Source: an uncultured Gemmatimonadaceae bacterium (GTDB lineage Bacteria; Gemmatimonadota; Gemmatimonadetes; Gemmatimonadales; GWC2-71-9). Taken from it: a stretch of DNA of 64,000 nucleotides. Numbering within the stretch: position 1 is the first letter of the stretch; each line of letters opens with the position of its first letter. Shown here one piece after another: positions 1-11,557 of this stretch. The stretch is taken from NCBI GenBank assembly GCA_964599725.1, contig CAZRGT010000016.1, forward strand, positions 34,351 to 98,350. The letters run 5' to 3'. A program made the position numbers and the translations under genes. Below the pieces are notes generated by a model. That model was not told the DNA's origin. It worked only from the letters and a program-made list of their open reading frames with translations, and searched no databases.

Positions 1-390
1 CGTCGGCCCGGCGTACACCTTGAGCATCTGTTTCACTTTCTGTCGCGACAGCGTGGTCTTGGGCAGCATTCCCCACACGGCCTTCTCGATCACCCGGTCG
101 GGATGCTTGGCGAGCAGCGATGCGAGCGGCGTAAATCGCTCGTGCCCCATGTAGCCGGTATGCCGAAAATAGCGCTTCTGCTCCAGCTTGCGGCCGCTCA
201 GCTTCACCCGCTCGGCGTTGACGACGATGACCGCATCGCCGCCGTTCAAATACGGCGTGAACGTCGGCTTGTGCTTCCCGCGCAGGATTTGCGCGACGCG
301 GCTCGCCAGCCGGCCGAGCGGTTGCCCGGCGGCGTCGACCACGAACCACTGCCGCGTGATGTCTTCTTTGCGCAACACGAACGTCTTCAT
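1..390 (-). CDS. rplM: 50S ribosomal protein L13 (3' end runs off window)
   Basis: Hand translation from ATG 390: MKTFVLRKEDITRQWFVVDAAGQPLGRLASRVAQILRGKHKPTFTP...HTGYMG...KVYAGP; not in ORF track. Confidence 0.97.
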   Translation of the reverse strand, partial: MKTFVLRKEDITRQWFVVDAAGQPLGRLASRVAQILRGKHKPTFTPYLNGGDAVIVVNAERVKLSGRKLEQKRYFRHTGYMGHERFTPLASLLAKHPDRVIEKAVWGMLPKTTLSRQKVKQMLKVYAGPT

Positions 391-426
391 GACCCGTCTC
401 TGTTTCCCGATTTTGGGCAGACTGGC

Positions 427-456
427 AGTATACCGAGGCCGCTAAGGCCCTGTCAA
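427..456 (-). promoter_or_regulatory. sigma70-type promoter for rplM
   Basis: TTGACA (456-451), 18 nt spacer, TATACT (432-427). Confidence 0.8.
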
Positions 457-995
457 CTTGAGGGTTCCGAACCCGGCAGCGGTTCGAGTGTCACCAGGGG
501 AACGCCCTTCTCCACGGCCATGCCCGGCCGCACATGCACCTTGGCCACGATACCCGGCCGACCAGCCCGGAGCTCGTTCTCCATCTTCATCGCCTCCACC
601 ACGACGAGACTGGCGCCGGCGCTCACCCGCTCGCCTTCCCTCACGTCCACCCGAACCACGAGCCCCGGCATCGGCGCCCGCACCACCCCGCCCCCCGGAT
701 CTCCGGCCCGCGGGCCCGTGAGCGACTGGAGATGGCGGGTCCGATCGTCCACCACTTCGACTTCGATCCGCTCCCCGACCGCCCCCAACGCCCACCGTGA
801 TCCCCCGGCTTCTCCCGGGCCGGCCAGCGGCTGGGCCGCAATCGTCCAGGATTCGCCTGCCAACAAGAGATGATGAAGTGGGGTCCCCGGAACGGAGGCC
901 ATATGCGCTTCGAACGGCTCACCGTCGACGCGTACCAGGCCACCGTCCACCTCGACCTCGACGGTGCGCGCGCCGAACCGGACATGGTACTTCAC
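453..995 (-). CDS. accB: Biotin carboxyl carrier protein of acyl-CoA carboxylase
   Basis: GTG start overlapping upstream stop; APMPG and EAMKM biotinylation motif. Confidence 0.92.
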   Translation of the reverse strand: MKYHVRFGARTVEVEVDGGLVRVDGEPFEAHMASVPGTPLHHLLLAGESWTIAAQPLAGPGEAGGSRWALGAVGERIEVEVVDDRTRHLQSLTGPRAGDPGGGVVRAPMPGLVVRVDVREGERVSAGASLVVVEAMKMENELRAGRPGIVAKVHVRPGMAVEKGVPLVTLEPLPGSEPSS

Positions 996-2233
996 GCCGC
1001 CTCCAGCGTGGCGACCACCTCGACCTGAGCCGTCTGGGGAAACACATCGAACGCCCGGACACCGCGAAGATGGTAGTTCACGCTCAGCCGGTGCAGGTCG
1101 CGAGCCAGCGTGGCCGGGTGCCTCGAGATGTAGGCAAGGCGGGACACCGGCTCTCCGGTGAGGCGCAACGACACATCCCAATGCAACCCGATCGCCGGGG
1201 GAGTGACGACGACGACTTGCGCGGGCGGCAGACTCGGCAGCACGTCCTCCGCCCGGCCGGCGATGCAGCGGACCCGATCGCCAAGGGCCACGATCTCGGG
1301 CCGGCGCCGGGCCCAGCCGACGGCCTTCTCATCGACGTCGACGCTGATGACGGTCGCCCCACGAAGAGCGAGCAGCACCGCCGTATCACCGATGCCGCCG
1401 TAGAGATCCCAGACGATGCACCCGTCGACGGGGCCGAGTTGTTCCACCGCCCACTGCCGCGACACGGCGCTCATCGCCGGATTGATCGCCTCGAACGCGG
1501 TCGCGGGAAAACCGGTCTCCGGACCGGCCACGACCCGGGGCGCGCCGTCCACCGGGCGCCACCAGCACACCAAGGCGTCACCCGCCGGCATCACCGACTG
1601 GAGTCGGTCGGCCGTGCGCCATGGGGCGCCGGCGGATTCGGCGATTACGTGACACATCCCGGCACGGTCGAGCCGCAACGTGAGCCTCGTCAAACGCTCG
1701 GGAAACAGGTCCGCGTGGCCTCGGAGATCTCGCCACAGGTCCATCAGGCTCAGGTCCGCGATGTGGCAGTCGTTCAACGGGAACACGCGACCGGGCCGAT
1801 CATGCGGATGGAAGCCGGCCATCGCTCCCAGAACCGCCAGCGTGACTTCAGTTCGATACCGCCATTGATCGGTCGCCGGAGCGATATCGGGATCGCTCAC
1901 GTCGAACTTCCCGATGCGGCGCAGACTGTCCCCCACGATCGCGCGCTTGGCGGCAAGCTGGGCCGGATACGCCAGGTGCTGAAGCTGACACCCGCTGCAC
2001 TGGTCCTGCACATAGTGCGGGCAGGCGGGAGTGACCCGATCGACCGACGCCTCGATGATCTCCGTCGCTTCCCCGCGAGCGAAGTGGCGATGCTCACGCA
2101 GGCTTCCGTCCCGCAACCGGACCCGCTCACCGGGACCGGTGCGCGGTACGAACACAGCCCGCCCATCGGCCAGACGTCCCACACCGTCCCCCCCGGCCGC
2201 AATCCCCGAGATGGCGACGATCTCGGCCGTCAT
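992..2233 (-). CDS. RlmD/RumA-family TRAM + [4Fe-4S] + SAM-fold protein with degenerate catalytic motifs
   Basis: TRAM-like N-terminus, CPHYVQDQCSGC...C cluster motif, DLYGGIG motif I; FEAIN, TPPAIG and YISRHPATLARD replace FxQVN, DPPRxG and YVSCxPATLARD. Confidence 0.85.
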   Translation of the reverse strand: MTAEIVAISGIAAGGDGVGRLADGRAVFVPRTGPGERVRLRDGSLREHRHFARGEATEIIEASVDRVTPACPHYVQDQCSGCQLQHLAYPAQLAAKRAIVGDSLRRIGKFDVSDPDIAPATDQWRYRTEVTLAVLGAMAGFHPHDRPGRVFPLNDCHIADLSLMDLWRDLRGHADLFPERLTRLTLRLDRAGMCHVIAESAGAPWRTADRLQSVMPAGDALVCWWRPVDGAPRVVAGPETGFPATAFEAINPAMSAVSRQWAVEQLGPVDGCIVWDLYGGIGDTAVLLALRGATVISVDVDEKAVGWARRRPEIVALGDRVRCIAGRAEDVLPSLPPAQVVVVTPPAIGLHWDVSLRLTGEPVSRLAYISRHPATLARDLHRLSVNYHLRGVRAFDVFPQTAQVEVVATLEAA

Positions 2234-3749
2234 CGCAGACCTTCCCGGCGTGCCTCGGATTGCCAGACGGGCGGCCGGATGGTCGGATCGAGGGATGGAC
2301 CCCCGAGCTTGCCCCCGGTGCGCCGCTCCTCGGCGAGCAGCGCTGCGACGACCGCGATCGGGCGCACCAAGGGCGGTGCGAGCGGCTCGGCCAGAAGGCG
2401 CGCCCCGGCGTGCTCCAAGTACGTGATGTCGATGTCGCCGCGGCGGAACTCCGGATCGTCCAGCACGCGGAGATGAAACGCCTGAGAGGTCGGGAGGCCG
2501 ACGATCACCAGCTCCCGTAAGCCACGGCGCATGCGCTGGATCGCCGCGTCGCGCGTCTCGCCCCACACAATGAGCTTGGCGATGAGCGGATCGTAGTACA
2601 ACGTGACCTCGTTGCCCGCCTCGACGCCACCGTCCCACCGGACCCCGGGGCCACCCGGCACGCGCAGATAACGCACCACACCGGTGGCAGGCAGGAAACC
2701 GTTGAACGGATCCTCGGCCGTAATCCGGCATTCGATGGCATGGCCGCGAGGCTGCAGATGGCCGGCCGCCACCCGCATCGGCTGGCCCGCCGCGATCCGC
2801 AGCTGCTCGCGCACCAGGTCCACCCCCGTGACCAGCTCGGTCACCGGGTGCTCCACCTGGAGGCGGGTGTTCATTTCGAGAAAGTAGAACTCCCCATCGG
2901 GGGCCAGCAGAAACTCGATCGTTCCCGCGCCGACGTACCCCACTGCGCCCGCGGCCGCCGTCGCCGCCTCGCCCAGGCGGCGCCGCAGCGCCGGCGTCAC
3001 CGCGACCGACGGCGCCTCCTCGATGAGCTTCTGGTGCCGCCGCTGGATACTGCACTCGCGCTCGCCCAGCGATACGATGCGACCGTGCGTATCCGCCAGC
3101 ACCTGGATCTCGATATGCCGCGGTCGCTCGATGCAGCGCTCGAGATACACGCTGCCGTCGCCGAACGCCTTCTCGGCCTCACTGCGCGCCGCCTGATAGG
3201 CGCCGGGGACCTCTTCGACAGACCGGACCACGCGCATCCCTTTCCCGCCCCCACCTGCCGCCGCCTTGACGAGTGCGGGGAATCCAATCCGCTCCGCCTC
3301 GCGCCGCGCATCGACCGCATCCACCAGGGCGCGGGTCAGTCCCGGCACAATGGGCACGCCCGCGGCCTGCATCCGCCGCCGAGCCTCGGTCTTGTCGCCC
3401 ATGGCCCGAATCGCCGCGGCGGGCGGACCGACGAAGATCAACCCGGCGGCGACGATGGCCTCCGCAAACGGAGCCCGCTCGGATAGAAACCCGTAGCCGG
3501 GATGAATCGCCTGGCAGCCGGTCCTTTGGGCCGCGGCGATGAGCTTGGGGATGTTGAGGTAGGACTCCGACGCGGCCGGGTCTCCGAGTGGCACGGCGTC
3601 ATTCGCGGCCCGGACGTGGGGCGAGAGTCGATCCGCGTCGGAGTACACCGCGACTGCTTCGAGGCCTTCTTCGTGGCAGGCCCGGATGATGCGCAGGGCG
3701 ATCTCGCCCCGATTGGCGACGAGGACACGCTGGAGCGGGACGTCGGGCA

Positions 3750-3750
<1 letters not shown>
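2230..3750 (-). CDS. accC: Biotin carboxylase subunit (acetyl/propionyl-CoA carboxylase)
   Basis: LVANRGEIA, HPGYGFLSE, RECSIQRRHQK, EMNTRLQVEHP. Confidence 0.96.
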
Positions 3751-5273
<1,523 letters not shown>

Positions 5274-5350
5274 GGGGAGAATCTAGGGGTCAGGAGATAG
5301 GAGGATAGGTCAGGCAGCCGCTAAACGCACAGACGCATCGCGGGCGACAG

Positions 5351-5380
5351 CACAAAGGGGACAGGAAGACCCTGTCCCCT
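5351..5380 (-). terminator. Intrinsic terminator after rpsA
   Basis: AGGGGACAGG-GTCTT-CCTGTCCCCT perfect 10-bp stem followed by TTGTG. Confidence 0.7.
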
Positions 5381-5404
5381 CCCATCCTGTCGACGACGAT
5401 GCGT

Positions 5405-7135
5405 CTATGCGTCTAGACTTGCCGGGCCGGTATCCTGCTTCTCTGGTTCCTGTGCGCCTTCGTCCTGCGGGAAGTTGGTCGCGGCCAGCACGATCCGGTG
5501 ATGAATCGGGTCCACCTCGAGGACTTTCATGTCCACCGCCTGGCCTTCCTTCACCGCATCGGCCGGGTTGTGCAGCTCCGGGATGCCGAGCTGGGAAATC
5601 GGCACGAAGCCCTCGATGTCGTCGCCGACGTCGACGACCACGCCCTTATCCATGAGGCGCAGCACGCGCCCGCGCAGCTCCGTCCCGACCGGGTACGTCT
5701 CCCCGATCCGCAGCCACGGGTCTTCCTGGGCCTGCTTCAGGCCGAGCGAGATGCGCTTATTCTCGGCGTCGACGTTGAGGATGAGCACCTCGACCTCATC
5801 GCCCTTCTTCACGACTTCGGACGGGTGTTGCACGCGCTTGGTCCAGGACATGTCGGAGATGTGGATCAGCCCATCGATGCCCGGCTCGATCTCCACGAAG
5901 GCACCGAACGACGTCAGATTGCGCACTTTGCCCTTGAGCCGCGTGCCCACCGGGTATTTCTGGGGCAGAGCCATCCACGGATCCTGCTCCGTTTGCTTCA
6001 TGCCGAGCGAGATCTTCTCCTCGGTCTCGTCGACTTTCAGCACGACCGCTTCGATGGTCTCGCCGATGGAGACGATCTTCGAGGGATGGCGGACGTTGCG
6101 CGTCCAGCTCATCTCGGAGATGTGCACCAGGCCTTCGATGCCCGGCTCGAGCTCGACGAAGGCGCCATAATTCGTGATCGAGACGACCTTGCCCTGCACT
6201 CGCGTGCCCACCGGGTATTTCGCGGCGACGTCCTTCCAGGGGTGCTCCTGCAGCTGCTTCAACCCGAGGGAAATGCGCTCGCGTTCCCAATCGATGTCCA
6301 GGATCTTCACCTGCAGCTCCTGGCCGAGCCGCACCATCTCGCTCGGATGCGAGACCCGTCCGTAGCTCATGTCGGTGATGTGCAGCAAGCCATCGACGCC
6401 GCCCAGGTCGATGAACGCGCCGAAATCCGTGATGTTCTTCACCACGCCGGTGCGCACCTGACTCACTTGCAGCTCCTTCATCAGCACTTCGCGCTTGGTC
6501 TTGCGCTCGGCTTCCAGCAGCACGCGGCGCGACACCACGATGTTGCGGCGGCGCTTGTTCAGCTTGATGATCTTGAATTCGTAGCTCTGGCCCAGCAGCT
6601 CGTCGATGTTGGGCACGCGCCGCAGCGCGATCTGACTGCCCGGCAGGAACGCGTCGACGCCCATCAGGTCCACGACCACGCCGCCCTTGATCTTCTTTAC
6701 CAAAGCGCCGCTGACGGCCTCGTCCCGCTCGAAGGCTTCCCGGATGCGCTCCCACACCCGCATGAAATCGGCCTTCTTCTTGGAGAGCACCACCGCGCCC
6801 TCCTGATCCTCGAGATGCTCGAGGTAGACCTCGACTTCATCGCCTTCCTTGAGACTCTTGGGATCCTTGAACTCGTCGATCGCCACGGCGCCCTCGGACT
6901 TGAAGCCGACGTCCAAAATGACGGCGGCGTCGGTCACCCGGAGCACTTTCGATTTGACGATCTCCCCTTCCTGAATGTTCGAGAGCGTGCCCTCGTACAT
7001 CTCCGACATCTTTTCGATCTCGTCGGCAGAATACTGCTCGTCGAGCCCGGCAAGGACGCGGATCGGGGGGTGGGGAGCTTTCTTGGGTGGGGCGTCGGCG
7101 GGAGAGCCTTCGATGTCCTGCGCTTCAGCCAGCAT
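5405..7135 (-). CDS. rpsA: 30S ribosomal protein S1
   Basis: Six S1 repeats (DFGAFIDLGGVDGLLHITD, YGAFVELEPGIEGLVHISE etc.). Confidence 0.98.
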   Translation of the reverse strand: MLAEAQDIEGSPADAPPKKAPHPPIRVLAGLDEQYSADEIEKMSEMYEGTLSNIQEGEIVKSKVLRVTDAAVILDVGFKSEGAVAIDEFKDPKSLKEGDEVEVYLEHLEDQEGAVVLSKKKADFMRVWERIREAFERDEAVSGALVKKIKGGVVVDLMGVDAFLPGSQIALRRVPNIDELLGQSYEFKIIKLNKRRRNIVVSRRVLLEAERKTKREVLMKELQVSQVRTGVVKNITDFGAFIDLGGVDGLLHITDMSYGRVSHPSEMVRLGQELQVKILDIDWERERISLGLKQLQEHPWKDVAAKYPVGTRVQGKVVSITNYGAFVELEPGIEGLVHISEMSWTRNVRHPSKIVSIGETIEAVVLKVDETEEKISLGMKQTEQDPWMALPQKYPVGTRLKGKVRNLTSFGAFVEIEPGIDGLIHISDMSWTKRVQHPSEVVKKGDEVEVLILNVDAENKRISLGLKQAQEDPWLRIGETYPVGTELRGRVLRLMDKGVVVDVGDDIEGFVPISQLGIPELHNPADAVKEGQAVDMKVLEVDPIHHRIVLAATNFPQDEGAQEPEKQDTGPASLDA

Positions 7136-7204
7136 GCATGACCAGTGAGGTAGTGAGTTTGGAGGATCACCCCGGACACACCCGGGGTTGTGAACGGCGG
7201 GAAG

Positions 7205-7882
7205 CTAGTCGGGGAACCGCTGCCGCGCCAGCGTAATGACGCGCCGCACCTGCTCGTCCAGCGACAAGGTCGTGGAATCGAGCGTGACGGCGTCGTCGGC
7301 CGGCTTGAGCGGCGCGACGGGACGGCTCGCATCGGCCCGATCGCGGGCTTCGAGCGCCTGGCTCTCCCGGGCCAGACGCGCGTTGTCGACGCTGTGGCCG
7401 CGCTGGGCCAGGCGACGCTTGGCCCGCTCCTGCGCGCTGGCGGTCAGGAATACCTTCAGCGGCGCGTCCGGGAAGACGACCGTGCCGATGTCCCTACCGT
7501 CCACCACCACGCCGGCCGGGTGCGCCGCCACCGCTTCGCGCTGGCGTGCATTGACCCAGCGCCGGACCTCGGGAATCGCCGCGACGGCCGACACCTGCTG
7601 GGTCACACGCTCGGATCGGATCGCCGCCTCGACCTGCACCCCCGCGACCTCCGGGTGAAACGTGTCGCCGACGAGCACCAGGCGCACCGGCAGCTCTGCG
7701 CCCAGGGCGAGGATGCGCTGGGCCGACCACGGCTCGCTCAGGTGATCGATCGTCGCGAGGGTCACCGCCCGGTACAGCGCACCGGAATCGAGATGCGCCC
7801 ACGCGAGCTCCCGGGCCACCCGGGCGCCCGTCGAGGACTTCCCGGACGCGGCGGGACCGTCAATCGCGATGACGCGCAGCAC
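7205..7882 (-). CDS. cmk: Cytidylate kinase
   Basis: IAIDGPAASGKSS, LDSGALYRA, DGRDIGTVVFPDA. Confidence 0.97.
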   Translation of the reverse strand: MLRVIAIDGPAASGKSSTGARVARELAWAHLDSGALYRAVTLATIDHLSEPWSAQRILALGAELPVRLVLVGDTFHPEVAGVQVEAAIRSERVTQQVSAVAAIPEVRRWVNARQREAVAAHPAGVVVDGRDIGTVVFPDAPLKVFLTASAQERAKRRLAQRGHSVDNARLARESQALEARDRADASRPVAPLKPADDAVTLDSTTLSLDEQVRRVITLARQRFPD

Positions 7883-9131
7883 GGCCGATGGCTCGCAAGG
7901 TGGGAAAGAACTGCGGATAGCTGATCACCACAGAGCGCCGCTCCGACAATCGCACGTCGGCTCCCGGGATCGTCCCCAGCACCGCGAAGGCCATCGCCAA
8001 CCGATGATCGTGGGCGGTGTCGACGCGGCCGCGCGGCGGCCGCTCGGTCCCCTGCACGAACAGGTCGTCGCCTCCCGCTTCCGCCGTGATACCCAGCGCC
8101 CGCAGGTTCGACGCGATCAACGCCAACCGATCGCTTTCCTTCACTTGCAGCTCACGCACGCCCCGAAACACGGTCTCCCCGGTCGCCCGGGCCGCCAGCA
8201 CGGCGAGCAGCGGGACCTCGTCGATCAGTGAGGGAACCTCGGCAGGGGCGACCTCGGTTCCGACCAGGATCGAGGGCCGCGCCAGGAGATCCGCGATCGG
8301 CTCTCCCCCTGCGGCGCCCAGATTGAACCGCTCGACGTGGGCGCCCATGCGCTCCAGTACGGTCAGGAATCCGGTCCGCGTCGGGTTCACGCCCACCGCT
8401 TCGATGAGCAGCTCGCCACCCTCGGCGAGCACCGCGGCACCCACGAGAAACGCGGCCGAAGAGATGTCTCCGGGTATCGTGAGCTCGAACGGTCCGATGC
8501 TGGCGGCTGACGGCTGATAGCTGATAGCGCCTTTGGTTTCGCGCACATTCAACCCCAAATGCACGAATAGTCGTTCTGTATGATCCCGCGATCGCCAGGG
8601 CTCCGACACCGTCACCGGAACCCGCGCCGCGAGCGCGGCGAGCAGGATGGCGCTCTTGACCTGCGCGCTCGGGAGCGGCGCGGCGTAGGTGATCCCGTGC
8701 AGCTTCCCGCCCCGCACGGCGAGCGGCAGCGTGTCGCGCTCTTCGGGGAACCGGGCGCCCATCAATCGCAATGGCTCGACGACCCGTCGCATGGGGCGCC
8801 GGCGCAGCGAATCGTCGCCGGTGAGGCGCGCGCGGATCGGATGGCCCGCGATGACGCCGAGGCCGAGGCGCGCCGTCGTCCCCGAGTTGCCACAGTGCAG
8901 CGTCGCCGCCGGGGTGCGGAACCGGACGCCCCGCACCGTCACCGCGCCGTCCGCCCGCACCGGCGAGACCGCGACGCCGAGCTGCCTCAGGATGCGGGCG
9001 GTGCGCTTCACGTCCTCGCCCGCGAGCAGCCCGGTCACTCGGCTCGTGCCTCGCGCCAGCGCGGCGAGGAACAGCGCGCGGTGCGAAATGCTCTTGTCGC
9101 CGGGGACGCGAACGACGCCGCTCACTCTCAT
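7860..9131 (-). CDS. aroA: 3-phosphoshikimate 1-carboxyvinyltransferase
   Basis: PGDKSISHR, CGNSGTT, SAQVKSA, KESDR, DHRLAM; start ATG 9131. Confidence 0.96.
   Translation of the reverse strand: MRVSGVVRVPGDKSISHRALFLAALARGTSRVTGLLAGEDVKRTARILRQLGVAVSPVRADGAVTVRGVRFRTPAATLHCGNSGTTARLGLGVIAGHPIRARLTGDDSLRRRPMRRVVEPLRLMGARFPEERDTLPLAVRGGKLHGITYAAPLPSAQVKSAILLAALAARVPVTVSEPWRSRDHTERLFVHLGLNVRETKGAISYQPSAASIGPFELTIPGDISSAAFLVGAAVLAEGGELLIEAVGVNPTRTGFLTVLERMGAHVERFNLGAAGGEPIADLLARPSILVGTEVAPAEVPSLIDEVPLLAVLAARATGETVFRGVRELQVKESDRLALIASNLRALGITAEAGGDDLFVQGTERPPRGRVDTAHDHRLAMAFAVLGTIPGADVRLSERRSVVISYPQFFPTLRAIGRAARHRD
8505..8528. repeat. Heptamer tandem repeat inside aroA
   Basis: GGCTGAC GGCTGAT AGCTGAT AGC, encodes AISYQPSA. 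Confidence 0.6.
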
Positions 9132-9164
9132 GTCCCGGAAGCTATCCTGCGGCCCGAGGAGCGT

Positions 9165-9200
9165 AAACGCGAAACGGGCGGCTCCCGTCGAGCCGCCCGT
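9165..9200 (-). terminator. Intrinsic terminator after lipoprotein gene
   Basis: ACGGGCGGCTC-GACGG-GAGCCGCCCGT perfect 11-bp stem followed by TTCGCGTTT. Confidence 0.75.
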
Positions 9201-9225
9201 CATGATCCTGACGATCCGCCGTCTG

Positions 9226-11319
9226 CTACGGCGCTTCGATCTTGATCGTCTTGTATTTCCGGAATCCCGGCCATTGCGTGTTGCCCTGCGCGCCTGAGCC
9301 CACCTGCAGCGTGAGGAACAACCCGACGTAGCTGCCACCCGCGCGATTGAAGTCGTGGACATCACCGCCGTTGAGCAGCGGATGGCGGAACTCGTACGTC
9401 GTGTACGTACCGTTGTTGGCCAATCCGGCAGCGCCGTTTTGCGTCTCGGCGGCACTCCAGCACGTCGACTGCGTGGACGTGGTGCACTTGAGCGTCAGGA
9501 ATGCGTCCGTGAATGTTGGCGACGCGTTGACCACCAGGACGTCGTCGTTCTCGGCGGCGGCGCCAGTACTGCACGCCGTTTGATCGGGACAGCTGTTGTT
9601 GTTGTCGAAGTTGAACTGCAGCGTGTTGACTTTGTCCGTGCTGCTGCGCTTCACGCGCACGGCCAGGTAGAGATTGGTGGCGTCGTTCATCCAGTATAGC
9701 GTGGCCGGCGTCGACGACCCGCCCGAGAGATTCGCGTTGAAATCCTGATGCCGCGCGCAATCCCATTCGCCCGCGGCCATCACACCATTGGGTGTAGCCG
9801 TGCCGAAGCCGGGCTTGCAGGCCGTGGCCTTGAACGGCAGCGTCCCCGTGGGCAGGTCTCCAGAGAGCGTGGGACTGCCGGCCAGGCCCACTCCGCTCGC
9901 CGTCAGGGTGTATGTGCCCGCCGTGGACCCGAGCGTCCACGACGTCACCTGGGCGATGCCGCTCGTATCGGTCGGGACGCACTGGAGTAGGGAGTCCGAC
10001 AGGCACGGGACGCCGCCAGCCGGAAGGACGACTGTACTTCCGCCCGAAGCGACAAAATGCACGGTTGCGCCGGCGACGGGGTCGCCTGCCGGGTCGGTCA
10101 CCTTCACCGACGGGGCAATCGCCACGGGCGTGCTCACGAGCGCCGTCTGGTTGTCGCCCGCATTCTTCGCCATTTGCGAAGGAATGGCCCACACCAGGTT
10201 GCTCAGCTTGCGGCCCGAGCCTCCCAGTAGATGGGCGGCAAAGAGCGGCGGCGGGGAAAACCACGGACCTACCTCACGCTGGAACATGCGCCACGTCCGG
10301 CGCGCGAAGTTCAGCACCGGGTTCGCACCCAGATCGGCAAAACCGTCGCAGTTGAGGCCGAGGGGCTGCGCCTCCGGCAGCGCCTCGGGAGGCGCACCGG
10401 GATCCCAGCGGTGGATCTGGAGCTTCTCTTGCTGTGCCGTGCTCAAACCTGTGGGCAGCTTGAGACACATCCCCACGATGTAGTTCGAGCTGAACGTGAC
10501 GTCCGCGGGGAAGGTCCTGAAGTCGTAGCACCCCTCGAACTGCGGCAGATCGGCAGGGACGAAACTGACCCGGCCGGTAGACGTGCACGGGAGCTTCTGC
10601 ATGATGATCGTGACGTCGCCCACGGTTGAGAGCGCCCCATTCGGGATGGACAGGTTCGAGAAGTTCGCCAGCACGCTCCCGCCGCCGGTGCCCACGGTTC
10701 CCTCACCGCAGTCCGTGGCGTTCGCCACGCACAGTGCGCCCTTCTCGATCCGGAACTTGATGGGGTTCGTGCTCCCATTCAGGAACACGTAGAGAGCCTC
10801 GCTCTGGTCCTTCGGCACCTCCTGCGGCGTGGCCACCGGTTTCACGTCGCGAAACCCGAATTCCTTGCACCCCGGCAGGTCGGCTGGGGCCGGGTAGCCG
10901 AACGCAGCCGGGCAGGCGGATCCGCTGCCTGTCCCGATGTTCCCGAGAATCACCCGCACGCGGTAGGTATGCCCACTGACCAGGACGGAGGGGTCGGTGT
11001 TCCAGTTCACTTTGTACTGCTGGCTCACCACGTCAATCGAGATCTCCGACGGGGCGAAGCGCGTAACGAAGTTCGCACAGTTCGGGTCCGTGGTGAGATG
11101 ACAGATCTCGACCAGGGGTTTCAGGCTCGGGTTGAACGTGCCGCTGTAGCTCGGCTGCGTGACCAGGGGCGGGAGGAAGAAGAAGTGCGCATTACCACCG
11201 TGACCGCCATCCGAGAGCGCTGCGGAGATTCGACCAGGAGGCAGGGAGGTGGGTTGCTCGCTGTCCTGACATCCAAGAAACATGACGGCTGTGAGAGCCA
11301 TTCCTACAAGGCGCTTCAT
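9226..11319 (-). CDS. Secreted multidomain lipoprotein (ZU5-like, Ig-like/Big_1 and C-terminal DOMON/CBM9-like regions)
   Basis: Lipobox-like FLGC after a hydrophobic signal; AGDNQT...VKVTDPAGDPVAGATVHF Ig-like signature; GEWD...DATNLYLAVRV...YEFRHPL sugar-binding-like fold; GGAGGG RBS. Domain calls are by eye. Confidence 0.7.
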   Translation of the reverse strand: MKRLVGMALTAVMFLGCQDSEQPTSLPPGRISAALSDGGHGGNAHFFFLPPLVTQPSYSGTFNPSLKPLVEICHLTTDPNCANFVTRFAPSEISIDVVSQQYKVNWNTDPSVLVSGHTYRVRVILGNIGTGSGSACPAAFGYPAPADLPGCKEFGFRDVKPVATPQEVPKDQSEALYVFLNGSTNPIKFRIEKGALCVANATDCGEGTVGTGGGSVLANFSNLSIPNGALSTVGDVTIIMQKLPCTSTGRVSFVPADLPQFEGCYDFRTFPADVTFSSNYIVGMCLKLPTGLSTAQQEKLQIHRWDPGAPPEALPEAQPLGLNCDGFADLGANPVLNFARRTWRMFQREVGPWFSPPPLFAAHLLGGSGRKLSNLVWAIPSQMAKNAGDNQTALVSTPVAIAPSVKVTDPAGDPVAGATVHFVASGGSTVVLPAGGVPCLSDSLLQCVPTDTSGIAQVTSWTLGSTAGTYTLTASGVGLAGSPTLSGDLPTGTLPFKATACKPGFGTATPNGVMAAGEWDCARHQDFNANLSGGSSTPATLYWMNDATNLYLAVRVKRSSTDKVNTLQFNFDNNNSCPDQTACSTGAAAENDDVLVVNASPTFTDAFLTLKCTTSTQSTCWSAAETQNGAAGLANNGTYTTYEFRHPLLNGGDVHDFNRAGGSYVGLFLTLQVGSGAQGNTQWPGFRKYKTIKIEAP

Positions 11320-11424
11320 TCCGTTTCCCTCCCTGACGTGGTCAACCTGCGGGCCGGACGTGCGGGTGCCGAAGAACGTCCAAGGTCCACCGGGAGAGTC
11401 CGAGCCCGGAGCCGAACGAATGAC

Positions 11425-11441
11425 CGCAAGACACGCGCCAA
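11425..11441 (-). promoter_or_regulatory. sigma54 (-24/-12) promoter
   Basis: TTGGCGCGTGTCTTGCG, GG-N10-GC spacing correct. Confidence 0.6.
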
Positions 11442-11492
11442 GATCGCCCTGCCGTGTCCTTGAGACAAGCAGACCCGAACCAGATCAGGGAG

Positions 11493-11518
11493 GCAACCGG
11501 TGTTGCAATTCGGCAACA
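11493..11518. promoter_or_regulatory. Candidate enhancer (bEBP) site
   Basis: TGTTGC-N6-GCAACA inverted repeat (11501-11518) plus overlapping GCAAC-N4-GTTGC, about 90-105 bp upstream of predicted start site. Confidence 0.4.
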
Positions 11519-11557
11519 GCCCCGCTCGAGAGCGTGCTCGTGCCCGAATGCGCGCCG

